DNA of 47,746 bases from Octopus bimaculoides (Eukaryota). The stretch lies in NCBI RefSeq assembly GCF_001194135.2, contig NC_069003.1, positions 35,298,945 to 35,346,690 of the forward strand, given 5' to 3'. Both the position numbers and the translations under genes were made by a program. Below, in pieces: positions 37,375 through 47,746 of this stretch. The notes beneath the pieces are model-generated. The model searched no databases. It was not told the origin of the DNA and worked only from the letters and a program-made list of their open reading frames with translations. Position 1 is the stretch's first letter. Each line of letters begins with the position of its first letter.

Positions 37375-40300
37375 CATATATATATATATACATATATATT
37401 TATATAAGTAGAAAGAGAAAAGGGAAATGAAGAAAGTTTCCCTTAAACTGAGTAGGAGTACTGTAGAAAGAGAGAGAGAGAGGTGGCTTTATGCTAGGAG
37501 TTGTGAGAGTTGAAGTATGAAAGGAGGGACAGGAACAGGTTTCTTGCAGTAGAGGAGTTACAAGGCTACTCAAATTACAAAAGGGTGGGAGTAACTGGGG
37601 TAGACCTGGTGGTTAGAAGGTGTTAGAATGTGCCCTCAAGGCACAAAAAGGTGAAGAGAAGAGAGTGAGTGGGTATAGGTAGTAAGAGTGTGTGGGGAAA
37701 GTGAGAGATAGAGATGGGGGTAGAGAATGTAGTGTGAATGGTGAAGGGGTAGAAATGATTTCTTAATCACAGCCCAGAAGAGATGTCCTACATCTTAGCT
37801 CAGAGAAACATATGTCAATAGGGCCTCTGAGTAATCAGTTAATCTTCCAGTAATAGCTGCCAAATCTTCCTCAAAATCTTTAAAAACATGGCAGAATATA
37901 TTGAATAATGCAGTCTGAGATACTGTCCTGAATAAATAAAAACATGATGGACATAACTGGAATGTCTGTGCATAAAGGTCAGCATGACCGCTGCTGACCT
38001 AGGGCTACATAATGACAGTACACAGCTTAATAGTTGTTTCTTTTGTCAATGACGATTTCAACTTTGGCTGTTATCTTTTTGTGTTGACGACATTAAATAG
38101 CAGTCAAGTGTAATCAGATCAATCTAACAACTATAAACGCTCACAATCATCGTTTGACTTTGTGCCAGAGTTAGAAAGTAATAATGGTTTCGAACATTGG
38201 CACAAGACCAGCAGTATCGGGGGGTGGGGGTGGGGGTGCTAAGTTGATTAAATCAACCCCAGTGCTCAACTGGTACTTATTTTCTCGACCCTGGTGGCAT
38301 TTGAACTCAGAACGTAAAGAGAGGTGAAATGCTGCTGCTCATTTTACCCAGCATGCTAACGATTCTGCCAGCTCAATGCTTGCAGTTATCAAATAATAAT
38401 AATTTCCACCATTTGCAACAAAGTTACATATTGGGAGGCAGACTATAGTCTATAGCATGGGTACTAAGGCTTAAATTTGGGCAAGAGTATAGGGAATAGT
38501 CGATAATATGAACCCTAATAGTTTACAAATCTTTTTATTTATTTTAATGATAAATTAATGAAAAGTAAATTTGATCTCCACAAGATTTGAACTCAAAACT
38601 TAACTATCAAAAGACAGCTTTATCACTCCACCACATCTTTCTTGTTCAGTTGTAACACCAATGAAAGAATTCACTGACTTTGGTTTTCATCCTTTTGGGA
38701 GTCGATCATTTATTAAAGAAACAGAAATACTGGGACGATATAATCGGCTGACCCACTACAACCCATAAAAATAAAAAATAACCGTGCAAGAAATCATTTC
38801 TGATTTCTCTCTTTGATATGAATCTATAAATGATATTCAGAAACTAACCACAAAGTCGATATTAATCCCGACTTGAGTACGAGCCGTGATTAGAAAACTT
38901 TGTCGTGGTTACATTTATCCTTCCAGTGGAATCGTTGACACGATGAAGAAATGGGGGAGGAGCATTATAGAAAGATGTCGTAAAACGACACGAAGACGAT
39001 AAATATCAACATTTGATGGATTTTATAGAGGAAAAACTGGAGTTTACGTTAGAAGAAGTGGGTTTGTAAAGTTTATGGATCTATTTTAAAACGGGGGCAC
39101 CAGTATTTTCTTAACGAAACACTAACAAAACACTTTTTCTGTTCTATAACACAAAATAGATAAGTATACGAAGTTTGAAAGTCTTTCTGTACCAAAAACA
39201 CTACATAAAACATAAATGAAAACTGGCGCCCCCGTTTTAAAATAGATCCCAGAAAAATATTTTTGTATTCGAATTTNNNNNNNNNNNNNNNNNNNNNNNN
39301 NNNNNNNNNNNNNNNNNNNNNNNNNNNNNNNNNNNNNNNNNNNNNNNNNNNNNNNNNNNNNNNNNNNNNNNNNNNNNNNNNNNNNNNNNNNNNNNNNNNN
39401 NNNNNNNNNNNNNNNNNNNNNNNNNNNNNNNNNNNNNNNNNNNNNNNNNNNNNNNNNNNNNNNNNNNNNNNNNNNNNNNNNNNNNNNNNNNNNNNNNNNN
39501 NNNNNNNNNNNNNNNNNNNNNNNNNNNNNNNNNNNNNNNNNNNNNNNNNNNNNNNNNNNNNNNNNNNNNNNNNNNNNNNNNNNNNNNNNNAGCAGTAACT
39601 CTATTCAGCTGAATAGACGTCAGTGATTGGTTGAAATTACAGAAATACGACAACTTTAACATGGAATAACTTGCGAATTCCTTTTTTTTTTGTTAAGAAG
39701 ACTAAGAGTAAAAGATGTTTTATATGACACATTCTACCAGTGTCCCAAGTTCCAAAGTGTTTCGTTAGTGTTTCGTTAAGAAAATATTGGCGCCCCCGTT
39801 TTAAAATAGATCCAAGTTTATTAAATGGGGGCTACAATCGACGATCGAAACGAGATCGATGAACACTTGTCCCGTGTTACGAAGCTCTCTTCACCTTCCC
39901 CACCAACACTAGAAGACGCCTGAATAACGTGGGAATACGAACTACTTAGTTAATCTTATCTCTGTATATCATAACCAGAACAACCCAGTTATAACAGGTC
40001 TTATCAAACGGGAGAGTCACCCTATACCAGGGGTGAGAATCTTGTTATTACTAGGGCGGCGGGGTGTAATGTAACATAAGAAACTATGGGACGAATTTGT
40101 GCTGAGAAAAAAAAAAATGAATCTTTAATTAGAAACACATAGAACTTACTGCGAATTTTATAATCAAATTCGTTTCGGATTTGTGGTTTAAAACGACTTT
40201 TAAAAATGCTTTTAGAGATTTTGCGAAGGGGGCAGTTTCGCATCTGAATGCAAACGAAAGTAGCACATGAACGAGTCGTTGATCCCAACCACTCTTTTAT

Positions 40301-41866
40301 GCAGAAATAACAGCCAAATCTCTATTATATGAGTACCTACTTTTGAATATAGACCTATTTTATAAGAAATAACTTGGGAGTGCGTCAATTGTTAANNNNN
40401 NNNNNNNNNNNNNNNNNNNNNNNNNNNNNNNNNNNNNNNNNNNNNNNNNNNNNNNNNNNNNNNNNNNNNNNNNNNNNNNNNNNNNNNNNNNNNNNNNNNN
40501 NNNNNNNNNNNNNNNNNNNNNNNNNNNNNNNNNNNNNNNNNNNNNNNNNNNNNNNNNNNNNNNNNNNNNNNNNNNNNNNNNNNNNNNNNNNNNNNNNNNN
40601 NNNNNNNNNNNNNNNNNNNNNNNNNNNNNNNNNNNNNNNNNNNNNNNNNNNNNNNNNNNNNNNNNNNNNNNNNNNNNNNNNNNNNNNNNNNNNNNNNNNN
40701 NNNNNNNNNNNNNNNNNNNNNNNNNNNNNNNNNNNNNNNNNNNNNNNNNNNNNNNNNNNNNNNNNNNNNNNNNNNNNNNNNNNNNNNNNNNNNNNNNNNN
40801 NNNNNNNNNNNNNNNNNNNNNNNNNNNNNNNNNNNNNNNNNNNNNNNNNNNNNNNNNNNNNNNNNNNNNNNNNNNNNNNNNNNNNNNNNNNNNNNNNNNN
40901 NNNNNNNNNNNNNNNNNNNNNNNNNNNNNNNNNNNNNNNNNNNNNNNNNNNNNNNNNNNNNNNNNNNNNNNNNNNNNNNNNNNNNNNNNNNNNNNNNNNN
41001 NNNNNNNNNNNNNNNNNNNNNNNNNNNNNNNNNNNNNNNNNNNNNNNNNNNNNNNNNNNNNNNNNNNNNNNNNNNNNNNNNNNNNNNNNNNNNNNNNNNN
41101 NNNNNNNNNNNNNNNNNNNNNNNNNNNNNNNNNNNNNNNNGTTGTTATGAACATTATCGAATTATATTTATTAATATGTATACATGTTATACGCAGTTGT
41201 TATCTACGCAGTATACATGCATGTACATATGCATACATTCACGGGTACCTATAAATACATACATGTATGCATATATATGTATAGATATGTTTATATACAC
41301 AAGCATATATAGAAACATGCATATGTATGTATGCATACATATACGTATGGACGTACGTCAGCTGTCCTGTACCCTGATATGCATCTATATATACATGTAG
41401 ATGTAAGTATGTACATACATGTACGTATATATGCATATGCTCATTTACTATTTGTGTATATATATATATATATATATATATAAAGTGCTGGAACAAAACA
41501 GGGTTAGAGGGTTCAAATCGAGGTTAAACTCAGGATGTTCAAAGCATTTTTATTGCACCCCACCAAAAATTTTTGTGGGTGCAAACGCACTCCCCTGCAC
41601 CTCATGTTCCCAAGCCTGTGAAATACATACATTTACATGCATCATGTACATAAATGCATACCAATACATACATACATACATACATACATACATGTGGGAG
41701 AACTTGGATTCATACGCTACAAATGATCACAACATCTGAGGCGATAAATATCTGCCGAACTTAAAAAGGTTAAATACTTGCCCGAAGGGTGACGAAAGCA
41801 AGACCCAAATTTTTAAAGGTTTACCCACGAACAGGTGATCCAACTCTAAAACGACATACATGCATG

Positions 41867-41904
<38 letters not shown>

Positions 41905-42203
41905 ATATATACATAATATTTTATTTGTTTATAATTTTGTTACGATGTTAATGTAAGAAGCAACCGATATTTCTTCGTTTAGCAACGACCCGACCTCCTT
42001 CATTGTACGAAAAACTTAAAAGGTTTAAAGATAACATAACATGCATCTATAAATTATAAAAGTTGCCAAAAGAAAAGAAATGCAAAATGGGGAGCAAAGA
42101 GAAATAAAATGGAAGACTAAATGAATAAATAGATAATGTAAATTGCACAGACCATCCTCAGATCGCCCTTAGAATGAAGAACAGTGGAGAGATTTTCGTC
42201 CAT
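30844..42203 (-). CDS. SORD: Sorbitol dehydrogenase (Zn-dependent MDR polyol dehydrogenase), 9 exons, 348 aa
   Basis: Exons (minus): 42203-42153, 37064-37031, 36229-36065, 35456-35297, 34631-34513, 33612-33547, 32802-32627, 31955-31834, 30997-30844 = 1047 nt, open and all GT-AG. Motifs: [59 protein letters not shown]. Confidence 0.96.
31468..31620 (+). mobile_element. SINE/LINE-tail family C copy in SORD intron 8
   Basis: ggttggcgttaggaagggcatccagctgtagaaa...ccaacccatgctagcatggaaagtggacgttaaacgatgat; reverse copies at ~20660-20890, 23240-23380 and 27720-27960. Confidence 0.8.
31834..31955 (-). CDS. SORD: SORD exon 8 ([13 protein letters not shown]...[13 protein letters not shown])
   Basis: cttgtcag| and TG|gtaagt. 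Confidence 0.95.
32627..32802 (-). CDS. SORD: SORD exon 7 ([19 protein letters not shown]...ECSG...)
   Basis: ttcacag| and TTG|gtaggt. Confidence 0.95.
33547..33612 (-). CDS. SORD: SORD exon 6 ([22 protein letters not shown])
   Basis: atttcag| and G|gtaagt; Rossmann GxGxxG spans exons 5-6. Confidence 0.95.
34513..34631 (-). CDS. SORD: SORD exon 5 ([25 protein letters not shown]...)
   Basis: ctttag| and G|gtgtgt. Confidence 0.96.
35297..35456 (-). CDS. SORD: SORD exon 4 ([26 protein letters not shown]...)
   Basis: ggtag| and AA|gtaagt; four-Cys cluster. Confidence 0.96.
36065..36229 (-). CDS. SORD: SORD exon 3 ([19 protein letters not shown]...GHEASG...)
   Basis: Catalytic Zn Cys and His motifs; tttgcag| and G|gtaagt. 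Confidence 0.96.
37031..37064 (-). CDS. SORD: SORD exon 2 ([11 protein letters not shown])
   Basis: 34-nt exon, ttttgcag| acceptor, G|gtaac donor. Confidence 0.9.
38140..38390 (-). mobile_element. SINE family A copy in SORD intron 1
   Basis: tcaaccccagtgctcaactggtacttat...tttgaactcagaacgtaaag...gctaacgattctgccagctc. Confidence 0.8.
39077..39813. mobile_element. Non-autonomous DNA transposon with 60-bp TIRs and 8-bp TSD (Merlin-like by GG termini; tentative)
   Basis: 39077-39136 vs reverse complement of 39754-39813 match at 57/60; AAGTTTAT directly repeated at 39069-39076 and 39814-39821; extra 28-bp terminus copy at 39222-39249; internal N gap. Confidence 0.85.
42153..42203 (-). CDS. SORD: SORD exon 1 ([17 protein letters not shown])
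   Basis: ccttcaccATG; typical NLSxVLHxxxDLR start; donor ATG|gtctgt, phase 0. Confidence 0.9.
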
Positions 42204-42920
42204 GGTGAAGGAGGGCGAAGTGAATCCAAACTAAAACAAACGAAGACAAGCGAGGCGGGGATAGTTAAGTGGTCGATCTAAAATTAGACTCGGAATCCTG
42301 AATGCTGAAACAAGAGTGACGCAACTTTAATAGTTAGTATATTAATAGTTATTATATTAATGGTTATTAGATCAATGTAATCATCATTATTATTATCGTG
42401 TTATTTAAAGTAATGTATAAATAATTAAATATCAACTTAATCATTTATTTATTGATGTCGGCTTTTTGTCAGTTTTGATGTTTATGAATAATTTCGTTCA
42501 TTTTTATATTATTGTTATTGAGGTAGACTAGGGGTTTTTTTTTCAATTATTTGAAATAAAATTTATTTAATTTAGTAAAAAAATCTTCGATTTATTGGAC
42601 GATTAATGTCTTGTAAATAAAAGTTGACAAACAGAAACCGGGGAGCCTGTCGTCCACACACGCGAGAGCCGCGCCTGCTGCACCCGAGTGCTTTCTGGTT
42701 TTACTTTTCGAATTTATCACCAACAAAATTGTTTCATTGGAATTTAGACATTATCGCCAAGGTATGCACATGTATATGCGTATATGTGCAAGTATATACA
42801 TATGCGTATGTATTTCGGCATATATATATTATTTATATTATTATATGATTGAACGTCACGCATCCATTTCCAAGTAAGTTTAGTCTTGTATGTATGTTTG
42901 CTCGAGAACATAACGGATCA

Positions 42921-43620
<700 letters not shown>

Positions 43621-44151
43621 TATGTCTGTGCACACCTTTCATTGCAATGTATGCCAGAAGGTACACTGGCAAGTGACAAGTAATAAAATCTCAGACATAG
43701 CCTGTTTCATCTTCTCCGACTGGATGGCCACATCCGGAGTGGAGTGGTTACATTTTGAGGAACGAACGGAAGAATGCAATATAAAATTAGCCATCGAAGG
43801 GAGGTGAAGAAACATAATGGCGATTATAACTTAATTTCGGCGAGAGACGTATCAGAAAGAGTGGCGTTTACATAGGGTAGGGTCTATGGCCCACAATGAT
43901 CTAGTTGACTGGAAATATAAATTATCTCGTGGCTGGTTTATAACTAAGATAGCAATAGTAATTTTACAAAAGAATTCTTGCATATTTTCTCTACCCCCAA
44001 TAAATTCAATTTGCAGAATGTATCTTAGAAGGCATTTTTTTCTGCTTGACTCTCTGCCCCCACCTCTCACACGTACACCAACCCGGCTTCGCAAGAATAT
44101 TAACATTAACACTTCCCAACATAACCAAGTACCCGATGCATGTGTATGTGG

Positions 44152-44203
<52 letters not shown>

Positions 44204-44539
44204 CAATGAAATGTGAAGTAGTCATCTAGTGTAGAGGTGACGACTACCATTTACAAGAGAGCAGCCGACAGCAGCGTCTGCACTCGATGCATTCCTGAAA
44301 TATCGTTGGATGGTGATTAACATGAAACCAGCCACGGAGACGTGTAACCGTTTAACTAAACCACTGAACCATTGCAACCTTTCAGCATTTCATTTTGACT
44401 TTATATAAATAGTTTACTTAGCAAATGCCTGGCCACCACACGACCACCGCTGCCGTCGCCACCACCACCATTACTATTAATGCCGCCGCCATCTTGTTTT
44501 TGTCTTCGTCATCAAGGCATTTCGTGTATTTTCGTATGT

Positions 44540-44998
<459 letters not shown>

Positions 44999-45319
44999 CG
45001 TTTGAGAGTGCACTAAATTAATATATATGTGTGTGCCGTTGAAGCCTGTTCACTGACCCGCAGAGGGTAAGCAACATGGCTGAGTCAAATGTGTAAAATA
45101 GATTATTCCGTGCAGCTGCTAATTCGTCAACGTAATTTCGCATTTATCGACTCCACCTGGCCACCACTGCTGGCTCGTTGTTTGCTGCTAAATACAATGA
45201 AATCTGGTCAACCGACTTTAATACTACTGTTCCAGTTGAACAATTTTCCTAAGCCGGTCGCTGTGCCTGAAGGAAGGACCTTTCCACACACGAAGAGAAA
45301 TAAGTTAGGTGTAAGGCCA

Positions 45320-45500
45320 GATCTTTGGGGGAGGGGTGTTAGATTAATCGATTAAATCAGCCCCAGTACTTGAATGATACTTTATCGAACTCGGTAGATT
45401 GAAAATAAATATGACCTGAGGAGCATTTGAACTCAGAAAGTAAAGATCAGGTATCATTACTACAAGGCAATCCTGTCCGACACTCTAATGCTTCTGTCCA
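45320..45500 (-). mobile_element. SINE family A copy
   Basis: gattaaatcagccccagtacttgaatgatactttatcgaa...tttgaactcagaaagtaaag. Confidence 0.7.
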
Positions 45501-45697
45501 TTCCTCGTCCTTCATTGACTTAGTGACATGACCTCAAACTAAGAGGAAGGGAATAATTGACAAAATTGGTCTCAGTACATGACTGGTATTTTAGACTTAC
45601 GACTTCCGATGTGCTTTGTTTTCCTTTTTTAGCAAACCGTCAAATTTAGCCCGGACACCTTATCTGTCTGTTTGTCTGTCTGTATACTTACCACACG

Positions 45698-45732
<35 letters not shown>

Positions 45733-47328
45733 AAGAGAGAGGAACTGAGAAAGAGAGGGGGGAAGAAGGGAGAGAGAAGGGGATAGACAGAGATTGAGAG
45801 AAAGGTAAATAGAGATATGGATCGATAGATGTGCAACAGGTTTTTCACACTAAACAAAAACCGCTCATAAACGTCCCGCAAAAACTGCCCGGAATAATCT
45901 ATTAGTTCGGCAGAAAAAAATGTGCTAAAATAAATTTTTTATGACTGAAACCATTTCAAAGAAACTTTAGTGGAAAGAGCAGTGAAGAGGTGTAATATAG
46001 AAATTATGTCCATGTGATTTAATATTTATAACTGTATGCGTTGTAGTCTCTTTCAAATAATGGAAGAAAGCCTACTTCATAATTCAATATATTCTTTAAA
46101 ATATATTTCATGTATGCTTATCTGGGATTGATTAAACCACGTGATCGCCAGGAGTGAGTGAATGACTGAAAAACAAGCTGAAGGATTACTGTTAATATCG
46201 ATGCAAAAACGATTTTATGTAACTAAATAACGAAATACCAAAACCAAAAGCAATTTTTAAATAAAATTTTAATGTTTCTTTTAATTATTTAAAAGCATTT
46301 TGAATTTAGATTTTCTATAGTATATATATATATATATATATATACATTCACACAGACATACACACATATATATATTAAAAAATTAGGGAATGGAGTTGAT
46401 AAAATTCAGGCTACAAATATTTCATAGCTGGCGGAACCTCGAAAGAAGGATAGATCGCAAGCTACTCTTCAGGCCAAGGATACCTTGATTGTATGAAGTT
46501 TACAATGAATGTTTACTCGATTATACAGCTTCTGTTGCTAACTGTGAACTATAAAATTAACTTTTTTTTTCGCTTATTGTACTTCGATATGGGAAAAATC
46601 CACAACCTTCTGCACTAAGGAACTATTATTGTTCCTGAAAGTTGGTTTTATATCNNNNNNNNNNNNNNNNNNNNNNNNNNNNNNNNNNNNNNNNNNNNNN
46701 NNNNNNNNNNNNNNNNNNNNNNNNNNNNNNNNNNNNNNNNNNNNNNNNNNNNNNNNNNNNNNNNNNNNNNNNNNNNNNNNNNNNNNNNNNNNNNNNNNNN
46801 NNNNNNNNNNNNNNNNNNNNNNNNNNNNNNNNNNNNNNNNNNNNNNNNNNNNNNNNNNNNNNNNTATATATATATAGTTAATCCCCCCCACCAAAAAAAA
46901 ACCCAAGAAAAAACAACAACGCGAGGACGTGGTACATGCAAAATATTAACATACGCCAAGAGAAGGAAAGAAAATCTTTGCTGCATGAGAAAGGAAACAC
47001 ATTACGTTTTTAATTTTCCTACGTCTTGCTAATCTCCCCCTAATCCAGTTTAATCCTTCTTACTACAGTTTAATCCTACTCCCTGCTGCATTTATCCTCC
47101 ACTGTTTTTATCTACCCCTTCTAATAACCATATCCATTATAGCCTTCACACTGAAAATTTGAAAGATGGTTATAGCCAGGACTTGATAGGAACAATTTTT
47201 TTATTATCGATTCGGGAAGGATGAAAGGCAGAGTTGATTTCTGCAAGACCGGAATTAAAGGTGATAGCATTGGCCGAATTGGTTCTATTAGGCGTTTCTT
47301 TGACATTTAGTTCGTCGCTTTGAAGATG

Positions 47329-47746
47329 CTAGTATTTCTTTGGCGCATGATCAGTAGTGACTTCTTCCAAGTCCAGTAAGTTATAGCCTTCGGCAACGAA
47401 CCAACGTTTCTTGATGATTCTATATGCCACAATAAAGAATCCAATGGCGACGCCAAGACTGAAGATGGTACTCACAACAATGGCTGCTGTAGACACTGAA
47501 TGCTTGTTATTTGAGTCATGTTTGGACACAGGACTCGTCACTGTGCTGTTGTTAGTCACGAAGGTTGACGGGAAAGATTGATCAGTTGATATGTCTGATG
47601 TTGTTGTTGTGGTTGTTGTTGTTTTTAGTGTTGATACACTTGTAATTTTTGAGGTTTTTGTTGTTGTTGTTGGTGTTGCTATTTTTGTTGTTGGTGTTGT
47701 TGGTATTTTTGTTGTTGGTGTTGTTGTTGGTGTTGCTATTTTTGTA
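47329..47746 (-). CDS. Thr/Pro-rich mucin-like single-pass (type I) membrane protein, 3' partial
   Basis: Frame is open from the window edge (47745) to TAG 47329: TKIATPTTTPTTKIPTTPTTKIATPTTTTKTSKITSVSTLKTTTTTTTTSDISTDQSFPSTFVTNNSTVTSPVSKHDSNNKHSVS, then hydrophobic TAAIVVSTIFSLGVAIGFFIVAY, basic RIIKKR and a tail containing YNLL. The track ORF 47329-47559 is only its end. Confidence 0.8.
   Translation of the reverse strand, partial: TKIATPTTTPTTKIPTTPTTKIATPTTTTKTSKITSVSTLKTTTTTTTTSDISTDQSFPSTFVTNNSTVTSPVSKHDSNNKHSVSTAAIVVSTIFSLGVAIGFFIVAYRIIKKRWFVAEGYNLLDLEEVTTDHAPKKY

Overview
Eukaryotic, AT-rich, microsatellite- and SINE-dense draft genomic DNA with 15 N-gaps. The repeat families suggest an octopod cephalopod; this is inference, not a database result. 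Most ORFs in the supplied track are microsatellite or gap artefacts, and the real genes are spliced. Two well-supported genes lie tail-to-tail. (1) WDR41 is on + (19671-28305; 13 visible coding exons, one more probably hidden in gap 21176-21791). (2) Sorbitol dehydrogenase SORD is on - (42203-30844; 9 exons, 348 aa, complete). (3) The 3' part of a Thr-rich mucin-like type I membrane protein gene runs in from the right edge on - (47746-47329). (4) A candidate secreted or surface protein gene starts on - at 6322, with a signal peptide and a reduced two-cysteine spondin-type thrombospondin repeat; this is the most novel-looking item. The rest is transposon debris: a Tx1/L1 endonuclease, a Tc1 transposase, an RTE 3' end, three MITEs (one with 60-bp TIRs and an 8-bp TSD) and several SINE families. 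I see no CRISPR array, rRNA, bona fide tRNA or prokaryotic-type system, and nothing that proves a new biological system. The leads below are hypotheses with stated tests.
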